64,000 nucleotides of DNA, from assembly GCA_045592685.1 (NCBI GenBank), contig JAZNVF010000086.1, forward strand, positions 31,014-95,013, in the 5' to 3' direction. Below, piece after piece: positions 18,729-27,798 of the stretch. Made by a program: the position numbers and the translations under genes. This DNA is from Akkermansia sp. (GTDB lineage Bacteria > Verrucomicrobiota > Verrucomicrobiia > Verrucomicrobiales > Akkermansiaceae). The notes beneath the pieces were generated by a model. The model was not told the DNA's origin. It was given only the letters and a program-made list of their open reading frames with translations, and did not search any database. Position 1 is the stretch's first letter. Every line of letters starts with the position of its first letter.

Positions 18729-20913
18729 GAACGTCATGAGATTTGCTCTTTATACGCTTGCGTTGCTGCCGCTGACCGTGAGTTCTGTCATGGCTCAACG
18801 CCCCAATGGCGCAGAACATGTTCAGGTAGAAAAGGTAACTATTGGCAAAGATCGCATCACCCGCAAAAGTATCGGGCACATGGAGGCCATACGCTCCGTG
18901 GCAGTGAAGTCTGCGGTGGAAGGCTTTCTGGGCGAACCCAGATTCCGAGAGGGTTCCATTGTCAAGGCCGGCGATATCCTCTTTGAAATATCCCCTGTCC
19001 GCTACAAAGCCGCCGTCGAACAGGCAGAGGCCGCCGTCGCAGAAATCGAAGCCCGTATCATCTACGCCGAAAAAAGTTACAAACGTCTTGCCCGACTCGC
19101 AGAAGCACAGGCCACCTCGGTAGAAACCACCGAAAGTGCCCTTGCCAAACTGGAGGAACTCAAAGCAAGTCTTGCCGGCGCTCGTGCAGAGGTGATTAAA
19201 GCTCGCAAAGATTTGGATGACTGCACTATCCGCGCAGAAATCACCGGGCGAATCGGGCGTGTCGAGTTTTCTGAGGGTAACTATGTCACCAAAGGTGAAA
19301 CACTCGCTACCATCAAGCAGATGGATCCCATCTATGTGCGTTTCCCTCTCAGTCAATCAGATGTCAATGGTATTTTTCGCGGGCCGAAAGAAATCGGCAA
19401 TGTAGCCGATGTACGCCTGAATACCGCTAATGGCAGACGTTATGAGCACGCAGGAAAGGTGGCTATTGTGGACAATCTGCTCACCTCTGGTACCGACACC
19501 TATACCCTGTGGGCAGAGTTTTCCAACAAAGACAACATGCTCACCCCGCGCGGCGTGGGAGCCATGTTCATCTCCCTCACCGACACGCAGCAAGTTTGCA
19601 TGGTACCCCTCACCGCTGTGCATTACGACGCCGATGGCGCCTATGTCTTTACAATCAGTGATGAGACAAATCAAGTCGCAAGACGAGAAGTTATCGTCGG
19701 TTCCATACAGGGGCGCCTGCAATCCGTATACAGCGGTCTGAACGAAGGAGAAACCATCATCACCGACGGCGCTCACAAAGTGCGTGTGGGAGATACGGTC
19801 ATTCCGGTGCTGGCTCAGAACGAAATGCCCATCGATGAAAGCGGAAATGTAGTCTCTACCGCTGCTCCGCTTGCTGTCGAAACCACCCCCGTTGTCATGG
19901 CAAAAGACACGACGGTACTGACATGCCAGGGCGCGAGGCTCGAAGCAATCAACCGGGTAAACATGCGCCCTCTGGTGCAAGGTGTACTGGCCGCTCCCTC
20001 ATTTACCGAAGGCGATTTAGTACAGAAGGGGGCAGAGTTGTTCCAGATTGACTCCACCCGCTACAAAGCCGTCGTGGATGCCCGCAAGGCCGCCGTGGAC
20101 CAGCTGGAAGTAAAAATCAAAGATGCCACCCGCAAATACGATCGTCAGGTGGCGCTTTTGCAGAACAATGCGACCAGCCGCGACGATATGGAAAGCTCCA
20201 AGGCCACTCTCGATGAGCTGATTGCTCAGAAGAAAAAAGCCGAAGCCGCGCTGGTTATTGCAGAGGATGACCTCTCCCGCTGCACAATGCGAGCACCCAT
20301 CACCGGGCGAATCGGGCGTGTCAACTTCTCAGAGGGTACCTACATATCTGATATCAAATCCCCCCTTGCCACACTGGTGCAAATCAGCCCCATCTATGTG
20401 CGATTCTCTCTGAGTGAAAATGCAATTCTCTCCAACTACGGAACAGATGACCGCCTGAAAGACAACTCCGAGGTCACCCTGGTAACGGCCAATGGCAATA
20501 CCTACCACGAGAAAGGCAGCGTCTACTTCGGAGATAACGTCATTCAGTCTGCTACCGATACGCAGAACTTCTGGGCTGTGTTCAAAAACGAAGATGGGCA
20601 ACTTCGCCCCGGCGGTGTGGTTACCATTCGCGTAACCCGTAAAGCAGACCGCCAGGTGCCCGCCGTGGCAGCTCATGCTGTACTGACCGATACGAGTGGT
20701 CGCTATGTGTATGCCGTGCGCCATAACCGGGCCGTACTGGTACGCGTGCTCACCGGTACGCCGGACGAGAACGGACTTATCCCCATCTTCGCAGGCCTGC
20801 GCGAGGGCGATCGCTGCATCACCTCACCCCTTGCAGAGATTGAAGATGGCACACTCGTTACCCTCGCAGCTGAACAATCGGAACCCACCCCCGCAGAGGA
20901 AGAAAACAAGTAA
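18727..20913 (+). CDS. RND efflux periplasmic adaptor (membrane fusion protein), tandem two-module fusion
   Basis: 728 aa. Signal peptide MRFALYTLALLPLTVSSVMAQ; the start may be ATG 18736. There are two full MFP modules (aa about 55-365 and about 405-715), each with a coiled-coil hairpin and an ITGRIGRV.FSEG lipoyl/beta-barrel motif. Confidence 0.85.
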   Translation: MNVMRFALYTLALLPLTVSSVMAQRPNGAEHVQVEKVTIGKDRITRKSIGHMEAIRSVAVKSAVEGFLGEPRFREGSIVKAGDILFEISPVRYKAAVEQAEAAVAEIEARIIYAEKSYKRLARLAEAQATSVETTESALAKLEELKASLAGARAEVIKARKDLDDCTIRAEITGRIGRVEFSEGNYVTKGETLATIKQMDPIYVRFPLSQSDVNGIFRGPKEIGNVADVRLNTANGRRYEHAGKVAIVDNLLTSGTDTYTLWAEFSNKDNMLTPRGVGAMFISLTDTQQVCMVPLTAVHYDADGAYVFTISDETNQVARREVIVGSIQGRLQSVYSGLNEGETIITDGAHKVRVGDTVIPVLAQNEMPIDESGNVVSTAAPLAVETTPVVMAKDTTVLTCQGARLEAINRVNMRPLVQGVLAAPSFTEGDLVQKGAELFQIDSTRYKAVVDARKAAVDQLEVKIKDATRKYDRQVALLQNNATSRDDMESSKATLDELIAQKKKAEAALVIAEDDLSRCTMRAPITGRIGRVNFSEGTYISDIKSPLATLVQISPIYVRFSLSENAILSNYGTDDRLKDNSEVTLVTANGNTYHEKGSVYFGDNVIQSATDTQNFWAVFKNEDGQLRPGGVVTIRVTRKADRQVPAVAAHAVLTDTSGRYVYAVRHNRAVLVRVLTGTPDENGLIPIFAGLREGDRCITSPLAEIEDGTLVTLAAEQSEPTPAEEENK

Positions 20914-20934
20914 CCCCATTCACCTTATACAATC

Positions 20935-23900
20935 ATGTTTTCACAATTCTTCATCCATCGCCCCAAGTTCGCCTTCGTCATTTCCATCGTAATGATGCTG
21001 GCGGGCTTCCTGAGCCTGAGCAAAATGCCCGTATCGGAATACCCCGAGGTATCTCCCCCGACCATTTCGGTGCGCATGACATACGCCGGTGCCAGTGCTG
21101 AAGAACTGGCACAGGTCGTGGCCGCCCCGGTGGAAGAAAACCTCATCGGTATGGACGATTTGCTGTACTTCAGCTCCTCCTGTACAAATGACGGTTCATA
21201 CTCATTGACATTGATTTTCGAGACCGGCACCAATGACGATATGGCCATGGTGAACGTCTCCAACGCCATTAAACAGGTGGAAAGCAAGCTGCCTGAGGAA
21301 ATCAAGCAGATGGGCTACAGCGTACGCAAGCGCTCTAGCGACATGCTCTGCTTCCTCAACTTCATGTGCGACGAAAACAAGATGGATATCCTCCAGCTTA
21401 CCAACTGGTTGCGCATGAACGTAAAAGACCCGCTTACGCAGGTGGACGGCGTCTCTGTGGCTGATATCATGCACAGCCGCAACTACTCCATGCGCGTGTG
21501 GATGAATACCACCCGCATGAATGCCCTCAATATCACTCCCGCCGACGTGCGTTCGGCCATTTCGGAGCAGAATATTCAGGCCGCAGCCGGTTCAGTCGGC
21601 TCGCAGGACGAAGGTGCATACGCCACCTATAAGGTAACAGCCACCGGGCGACTCAAAACGGTGGAAGAGTTCGGCAATATCGTGGTCAAGCGCGGAGAAG
21701 AAGGCCATGTGACCAAGCTGAAAGATATCGCCACCATCGAACTGGGCGCAGAGAACAACTCCGGCTACAGCCGCCTGAACGGTAAAAACTCTGTAGGTAT
21801 GATGGTACAGCGTAACAACGACGCAAACGCTCTTGCCACCGTCGATGCGCTGAAAGCCAAGATGAAGGAAATAGAACCCATGCTGCCCGATGGTGTGACC
21901 TGGGTCATGGGCTATGACCCCACACAGGCCATTTCTGCCACCATGGAAGAAATCGCCCTCACACTGTTGCTGGCACTGTTCCTCGTCGTGCTTGTGACCT
22001 TCGCCTTCCTGCAGGATTGGCGCGCCACACTTATCCCGGCTCTGGCAATTCCGGTATCTCTGCTGGGTGCCTTTGCAGTCATGTACCCGCTGGGTTACAC
22101 CGTGAACGTGCTCACCATGTTCGGTCTGATTCTCGTCATCGGCTCGCTGGTGGACGACGCCATCGTGGTGGTAGAGAATGTCATGCGTCTGATTCAGGAG
22201 GAAAAACTCTCCCCCCGGGAGGCCACCATTAAGAGCATGAAACAGATTACGGGTGCAATTATCGCCACCACGCTGGTGACACTGGCGGTATATGTGCCCA
22301 TTGCCTTCTACGGTGGCATGGTAGGTGTGATTTATACCCAGTTCTCCGTCACCATGTGCGTGGCTCTTTGTATCTCGACATTCAACGCGCTGACGCTATC
22401 GCCTGCCCTCTGTGCACTGATACTTCGCCCGGCAAATGTCAAGCAGAGCCGGCTCTCATACTGGCTGTTCTACCCATTTAACTGGTTCATGGAGAAATGC
22501 CGCAGTATCTACCTGTGGGGTGCGGGCATATTGGTGCGCAACGCCTGGCTGACCGTACTGGTAATAGCTGCTGTGCTCTACCTGAACTATGTCTTCTACG
22601 CCGGTGCACCGCAATGGTGGAACCAAATCTGGCGCCCTGCTCCGCAGCCCGGCGCTGCCATGATGGCCAAGAATCAGACCAAGAGTCAGTATGATTTACT
22701 GAGCCTCATCGCCCCCGAAATGCTCAACAGCTCATTCATCCCCACGGAGGATAAGGGCGCCGTCTTCTGTATCGTAAACCTCGAGGGCTCAGCTACTGCC
22801 AAACAGAGAACCGATAAGGTAATGCGACAGATTGAAGAGCGTATCTCCAGGATTGAAGGTATTGACATGGTGACATCCACCAGCGGTTTCAGTTTCGCCT
22901 CCGGTTCCGGTGAGGGCAACGGTATGGTTATCGTTATGCTGAAACCCTGGGCCGAGCGAACCACACCGGATTTGCACGCTACGGCACTGGCCAAAAAGAT
23001 AAACGAGGCCTGTAAGGATATCCCGGAGGCCTCCATCATGGCCACGACCCCGCCCGCCATTCAGGGCCTGGGGCTCTACGGCGGTGTATCCATGGTACTG
23101 GAAGGCCGTGGAAATGCCACCCCAAAAGATCTGAGTGACATGGTGAAAGAGGTCAGCAAGCGCCTGCAGGCTCACCCCGACCTCATCATGATGGTACGCT
23201 CTGAGTTCAATGCCGAAACGCCGCAGATTCGCCTGGAAATCAACCGAGAGAAAGCTCAGGCTCTCAATGTGGATGTTCGCAGCATCTTCACCACCCTGCA
23301 GAGTGTGATGGCATCCTCCTACGTAAACGACTTCACGCTCAATGGTTTCAACTTCAAGGTAAAGATTCAGGGTGACGTGAAGGATCGCCGCACAGCAGAC
23401 GATATTCTCAACCAGATGGTGCGAAACGACAAGGGTGCCATGGTGCCGCTCTCAGCCGTTTGCACTCTCTCCTACCGCCTGGGACCGTCGAACTATGGTC
23501 GTTTCAACCAGTACATGTGTGCGGATGTCACGGTCATGCCGCAGGCTGGTGTCGGCTCTGGCCAGGTGATGAAACTTATCGAAGAAACCATTGCAGGAAT
23601 CAACAGGGAAGAACGCGCCAAAGGTCTTGACCGACAGTGGGCTGCTGAATGGAAGGACCTCTCATACCAGGAGCGCCAGAATACCGGTAAAATCGGCGTT
23701 CTCATCGGGCTTGCCATGCTGTTTGCCTACCTCTTCCTGGTGGCACAGTATGAAAGCTGGACCACGCCTGTACCGGTTATGCTCTCGGTGAGTGTGGCTA
23801 CGCTGGGTGCGCTCATGGGAGCTCAGCTCTGCGGACTCACCATGTCCATCTATGTGCAGCTGGGTATCCTCATGCTTATCGGTCTGGCCGCCAAGAATGC

Positions 23901-24219
23901 CATTCTCATGGTTGAGTTCAGTAAGGAAGACCACGAGACGGGCAACAGTGTGCAGACAGCAGCCATCAACGGTGCGAGAATGCGTTTCCGCGCGGTGCTC
24001 ATGACTGCCATTTCGTTCATATTCGGCGTATTCCCCATGGTGGTAGCGACCGGTTCCGGTGCAGCCAGCCGTCAGGAAATCGGCATCACGACCTTCTTCG
24101 GCATGTTGCTGGCCACCGTGTTCGGCATCTTCATGGTGCCCGCTCTCTATTCCATCTTCGCCCGCATGCGCGACTGGACAGCGCGCACCATCGGCGTGGA
24201 TAAGAAGAAGAAAGCCTGA
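20935..24219 (+). CDS. RND efflux transporter permease (AcrB/HAE1-like)
   Basis: 1094 aa. N-terminus MFSQFFIHRPKFAFVISIVMML, 12-TM layout with two large periplasmic loops, and GLILVIGSLVDDAIVVVEN. Confidence 0.93.
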   Translation: MFSQFFIHRPKFAFVISIVMMLAGFLSLSKMPVSEYPEVSPPTISVRMTYAGASAEELAQVVAAPVEENLIGMDDLLYFSSSCTNDGSYSLTLIFETGTNDDMAMVNVSNAIKQVESKLPEEIKQMGYSVRKRSSDMLCFLNFMCDENKMDILQLTNWLRMNVKDPLTQVDGVSVADIMHSRNYSMRVWMNTTRMNALNITPADVRSAISEQNIQAAAGSVGSQDEGAYATYKVTATGRLKTVEEFGNIVVKRGEEGHVTKLKDIATIELGAENNSGYSRLNGKNSVGMMVQRNNDANALATVDALKAKMKEIEPMLPDGVTWVMGYDPTQAISATMEEIALTLLLALFLVVLVTFAFLQDWRATLIPALAIPVSLLGAFAVMYPLGYTVNVLTMFGLILVIGSLVDDAIVVVENVMRLIQEEKLSPREATIKSMKQITGAIIATTLVTLAVYVPIAFYGGMVGVIYTQFSVTMCVALCISTFNALTLSPALCALILRPANVKQSRLSYWLFYPFNWFMEKCRSIYLWGAGILVRNAWLTVLVIAAVLYLNYVFYAGAPQWWNQIWRPAPQPGAAMMAKNQTKSQYDLLSLIAPEMLNSSFIPTEDKGAVFCIVNLEGSATAKQRTDKVMRQIEERISRIEGIDMVTSTSGFSFASGSGEGNGMVIVMLKPWAERTTPDLHATALAKKINEACKDIPEASIMATTPPAIQGLGLYGGVSMVLEGRGNATPKDLSDMVKEVSKRLQAHPDLIMMVRSEFNAETPQIRLEINREKAQALNVDVRSIFTTLQSVMASSYVNDFTLNGFNFKVKIQGDVKDRRTADDILNQMVRNDKGAMVPLSAVCTLSYRLGPSNYGRFNQYMCADVTVMPQAGVGSGQVMKLIEETIAGINREERAKGLDRQWAAEWKDLSYQERQNTGKIGVLIGLAMLFAYLFLVAQYESWTTPVPVMLSVSVATLGALMGAQLCGLTMSIYVQLGILMLIGLAAKNAILMVEFSKEDHETGNSVQTAAINGARMRFRAVLMTAISFIFGVFPMVVATGSGAASRQEIGITTFFGMLLATVFGIFMVPALYSIFARMRDWTARTIGVDKKKKA

Positions 24220-24228
24220 TTTCGATAT

Positions 24229-24266
24229 GCGGCTCCGCGCTTCCGGGCGTGGAGCCGCAATTTTTC
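24229..24266 (+). terminator. Intrinsic terminator after the RND gene
   Basis: 12-bp stem gcggctccgcgc / gcgtggagccgc (one G-U pair) followed by aattttt. Confidence 0.65.
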
Positions 24267-24390
24267 ACCACGAAAAGCCCCCCAACTCTTCCTTAGCCTT
24301 TCACTGCTACTCAGCCCCCTGCCCGCCGCAGCTCATGAAACCGAATGAGCCGAGTTTTGTTCCGATTTTTACAGCAGTCAGATTATGTGC

Positions 24391-24418
24391 TTGCATTTCC
24401 TGAAAAAACGGGCATAAT
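24391..24418 (+). promoter_or_regulatory. Putative adk promoter
   Basis: TTGCAT (24391-24396), N16, CATAAT (24413-24418). The leader to ATG 24464 is about 40 nt. Confidence 0.4.
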
Positions 24419-24463
24419 GTACACAGCCGCTGCCAGAAGACGGGCAGCAAAGCTCAATTTTAC

Positions 24464-25123
24464 ATGAATATGAAAACGCTCAAAAGATTCGTACTTGTAG
24501 GTGCTCCGGCCTCCGGTAAGGGCACGCAGTCAAACTTCCTCTCCGAGACCTATGGTCTCAAGCCGCTGAGCACCGGCGCCCTGCTTCGCGCTGAGATTGC
24601 TGCCGGTTCCGAGCTGGGTCTGGAAGCTAAGAAGTATATGGATGCTGCCATGTTCGTGCCCGATGAAGTGGTGAACGGCATCGTGGCCAAATGGCTGGGC
24701 GAGAACAAGGATTGCGGCTGTCTGCTCGATGGTTATCCCCGCACGGTTTCTCAGGCTGAAACTCTGGATGCTAACCTGACCTCCATGGGACTGGGTGTAG
24801 ACATCGTGATTTACCTGAATGTTTCTGCAGAGCTTATCGAAGCCCGTATGCTCAAGCGCAAAGCCTGCCCCGCCTGTGGCGAGACCACCCGCAATGGTGA
24901 GGAAATCTGCCCCAAGTGCGGCGGCGCCATGATTGTGCGCACCGACGATAACCCCGAGGCTTTCGCCAAGCGCCGCAAGGACTACGAGACTCTCACCGTG
25001 CCCGTAGTGGAGCACTACCGCGCACAGGGCAAGGTTGTGCAGATTGACGTGGTAGAGGAAGGTGAGCCGGAGGATGTATCCGCCCGCATCGCTGCTGCCG
25101 TTCGCAGCTACTGCGAGAAGTAA
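24464..25123 (+). CDS. adk: Adenylate kinase (zinc-lid type)
   Basis: Contains GAPASGKGTQ, a CPACG...CPKCG lid, and the DDNPE pattern. Confidence 0.93.
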   Translation: MNMKTLKRFVLVGAPASGKGTQSNFLSETYGLKPLSTGALLRAEIAAGSELGLEAKKYMDAAMFVPDEVVNGIVAKWLGENKDCGCLLDGYPRTVSQAETLDANLTSMGLGVDIVIYLNVSAELIEARMLKRKACPACGETTRNGEEICPKCGGAMIVRTDDNPEAFAKRRKDYETLTVPVVEHYRAQGKVVQIDVVEEGEPEDVSARIAAAVRSYCEK

Positions 25124-25150
25124 CCCCCGTCTCGCAAGATTTGTTACTCT

Positions 25151-25178
25151 AAGGCTCTCCCCCTGGAGAGCCTTTTTG
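25151..25178 (+). terminator. Intrinsic terminator after adk
   Basis: 10-bp stem aaggctctcc / ggagagcctt, 4-nt loop, then tttt. Confidence 0.75.
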
Positions 25179-25263
25179 TATGCAATACAACAATCCGTAG
25201 AAAGACTCACCCTGCCTATTGTCACAAATAGCACGAGTGCCGGTGTGAGAACGCATTTTTTCC

Positions 25264-25291
25264 TTTACAGACGGGCGAAATATACTATAAT
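25264..25291 (+). promoter_or_regulatory. Putative promoter of the large secreted protein gene
   Basis: TTTACA (25264-25269), N16, TATAAT (25286-25291), N10, ATG 25302. The -10 element overlaps the ATG at 25290, which argues against that start. Confidence 0.4.
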
Positions 25292-25301
25292 GATTTCACT
25301 T

Positions 25302-27557
25302 ATGAATATGCGCACCACCCTTATACTGATGGCTGCCACCATGGCGCCCATCTACGCCCAGGAACCGGCGGAAAATTCCGCCCAGATATATGCCCGTCTG
25401 GCCGCTCCGACCACGGTCACGACAGCTACGGTTGAGCAGCGAGCTGCAGCTTACCCCGCCTTGAGCATAATACCGGCAGATGTCGAATCGGTACTCACCG
25501 TGAACCGCATTTCTGAGATTTGCATGGGCGTTTCCGCCGCTCTCGAAGCTTCTGCTGAAAGAGAAGTACCCGCTGAACTGGGTATGCTCGACAGCTTCAC
25601 CATTGCAACCGGCAAGGGGAGCGCCGAGCTCTACAAACACATCGCTGCAATATATGCCTACAATAGCGACGAAGCTGAGCAAGTACATGATTTCTTCACC
25701 CGCTGGAGCAAGAATGCAGCCACTCCCGTCGGGGCTGTCATCAACAAGCCAATCCTGGCATACATCAACGCCGCAAAGTCTGCTGCAATCTCCAGCATCG
25801 AGAATCTCAAACTTCCCTCTTTCTACAGTGTAGTCACCGTTAAGCCCGAGGGCGAACAGATGCTCGGCGAGTGGCAGCAAATAGCCGTGAGCAACATGCG
25901 CGAGGATATCGGTGAGGAATACGATGACGGCATGCGTGAAATTTACAGCAACAATGGTTACGAGGGTATCAAAATCACATTGAAGGGAGACTCTTTCATT
26001 AATCCCGATGTAGATTATGACTACGAGACCGATACCATCACGAAAAAGCCGCTGAACGATGTACAGCTCGCCGCCCGCAAGGCAATCGACGGGCGCACTA
26101 TATACGTCGGCCTTAAGCAAGAGGGCACCAAACTCATCGCCGTTGTCACAGAAAACGAGGCAGACTTCGCACTGCCGACAGATGCCGCAGCATCCCTGCT
26201 CGGCACCGACAAGCTCTGCAAGGCAGATGCCAACCTGACAAAATCTCCCTACATGCTGTGCTACGCCACCCCGGGAATCAACTTCAGCAGCTATGAGATT
26301 CAGACCGCACCCTTTGTCGGCATACCCACTCTGATAAAGGACATCTTCACCGAGCTCGCGGCTCAGCCCGGCGACAACCAGACCACCTGGGCCGGTGCTG
26401 CAAAGGGTGCCGAACTGCTCAGCAATGTGGTAAAAGCTCTGATTCAGCCCACTGCCACCGTGCCCAATATCGTGCAGGTATGGGCTGAAGGCAGCACCCT
26501 GCAGCTGCAGTACGACGGCAATACCAAGGGGAAAACCTACCTGCCCGGCAAGCTCAGCCTGACCTCCGTTCCCGACAAGCCCGGCACCATCTTCTACACT
26601 GAGAGCTCGCCCGTTTCTTTCAACATCGGCGCAGGATGCGGTGAAATTGTGGATGCCATCGTCAGCGTAGTCGACGGCATGATTGCCACAGTCCCCGCTA
26701 AAGACCAGGCCGAAATCGTCCCGCAAGTAGCCATGGCCAAGCAGTTCCTGCCCGATGTGAAGGAGCTCTGTGCCGCTATCGGCAACATCGGCGAAGGTAT
26801 GGGCAACAGCACGGCGCTGACTATTGACAGCGCCGGCAACATGCCCATGCTGCTCGGAGGCACCCCCGGCAACAAAACTGCTATCCCTCGCATTTGCTTC
26901 TATGCCGGTGTAACCGACCGCAGCAAACTGAGCTCCGGTTGGAACTCCATCGTGAAAATCGCGGGCAACATTGCCGGCAAACTCGACCAGGACCCCGCTA
27001 TCGTCAACATGCTGCCTATCGTTCCCTCGCAGAGCGGCAATCTTATCTCCTACACCGTTGCCATGCCCTGGTTCACCCCTGACATGGTGCCCTGCGTAGC
27101 CGTGAGCGATACCACCTTTACCGCCGGCACCTCTTCTGCCTACAATGCAGAGATTGCTGCTGCAGCAACAGGTAACACTGCTTTCACCGGCAGTGTATGC
27201 ACGTTGAAGTTCAACCAAATGGCCAGCACCGCACGCGGTATCGCCAGGGAACTCGCCACTGTAGCCAAGGCCGAAAAAGAACCGCTCTCTCTTAACAACA
27301 CCCCCTCAACCTCCGGAGATCTCGCTGCAAACGACGATATCGAGGATGGTGAGGATTACATTGAGGAGGAAGACTATGAAGAGGAAGATCTCTATACCTA
27401 CCACCGCCAGAGCCCAGCCGAGGAGCGGGCCGAAACGGCAGAAGATATAGCAGAAACGCTTGAAAACGCCGCCCGATTCATCAATCGCATAGACGGTGTT
27501 TCTACCATCAACGGCAGCACACACACACTTCGCTTACAGATTCAGCTCAGTAAGTAA
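25302..27557 (+). CDS. Hypothetical secreted protein with acidic Tyr-containing C-terminal tract
   Basis: Signal peptide MNMRTTLILMAATMAPIYAQEP. About 750 aa with no recognised domain. The tail reads DDIEDGEDYIEEEDYEEEDLYTY. The track's upstream extension to 25062 overlaps adk and its terminator. Confidence 0.7.
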   Translation: MNMRTTLILMAATMAPIYAQEPAENSAQIYARLAAPTTVTTATVEQRAAAYPALSIIPADVESVLTVNRISEICMGVSAALEASAEREVPAELGMLDSFTIATGKGSAELYKHIAAIYAYNSDEAEQVHDFFTRWSKNAATPVGAVINKPILAYINAAKSAAISSIENLKLPSFYSVVTVKPEGEQMLGEWQQIAVSNMREDIGEEYDDGMREIYSNNGYEGIKITLKGDSFINPDVDYDYETDTITKKPLNDVQLAARKAIDGRTIYVGLKQEGTKLIAVVTENEADFALPTDAAASLLGTDKLCKADANLTKSPYMLCYATPGINFSSYEIQTAPFVGIPTLIKDIFTELAAQPGDNQTTWAGAAKGAELLSNVVKALIQPTATVPNIVQVWAEGSTLQLQYDGNTKGKTYLPGKLSLTSVPDKPGTIFYTESSPVSFNIGAGCGEIVDAIVSVVDGMIATVPAKDQAEIVPQVAMAKQFLPDVKELCAAIGNIGEGMGNSTALTIDSAGNMPMLLGGTPGNKTAIPRICFYAGVTDRSKLSSGWNSIVKIAGNIAGKLDQDPAIVNMLPIVPSQSGNLISYTVAMPWFTPDMVPCVAVSDTTFTAGTSSAYNAEIAAAATGNTAFTGSVCTLKFNQMASTARGIARELATVAKAEKEPLSLNNTPSTSGDLAANDDIEDGEDYIEEEDYEEEDLYTYHRQSPAEERAETAEDIAETLENAARFINRIDGVSTINGSTHTLRLQIQLSK

Positions 27558-27580
27558 GATTTACACGAGCTGCTGCTACA

Positions 27581-27628
27581 TTGTCCCCACTGTAGATTTC
27601 CTGCGGTGGGGACAATCCGTTATTTATT
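27581..27628 (+). terminator. Intrinsic terminator
   Basis: 10-bp stem ttgtccccac / gtggggacaa followed by tccgttatttattc. Confidence 0.7.
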
Positions 27629-27746
27629 CGGCGGGTCTTCCGCCCGTGTGACTTACCCAATCCCCACCCCTACTTTATTCAGGGGTGTTTGTGTAATCAG
27701 CAAATCTGAAACAGCCCCTAAATCCGCGCGAAATCGCAATCGAAGC

Positions 27747-27775
27747 TTGCCATTCGGTCAATACCATGCTAGAAT
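27747..27775 (+). promoter_or_regulatory. Putative promoter of the PP2C-kinase operon
   Basis: TTGCCA (27747-27752), N17, TAGAAT (27770-27775). The -10 lies inside the track ORF start at 27766, which favours ATG 27799. Confidence 0.5.
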
Positions 27776-27798
27776 GGTCGGCACAAGACAACGCTCGC

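Noticed and set aside
25296-27218. 640-aa - strand ORF opposite the large secreted protein gene.
   Set aside because: The + strand frame has a signal peptide, a promoter and a terminator. The antisense product is low-complexity, G/V/A/H-rich, and has no start context.
27766-27798. Upstream ATG for the PP2C sensor gene.
   Set aside because: This ATG overlaps the predicted -10 box (27770-27775). ATG 27799 leads directly into the first TM helix. I kept it only as an alternative start.
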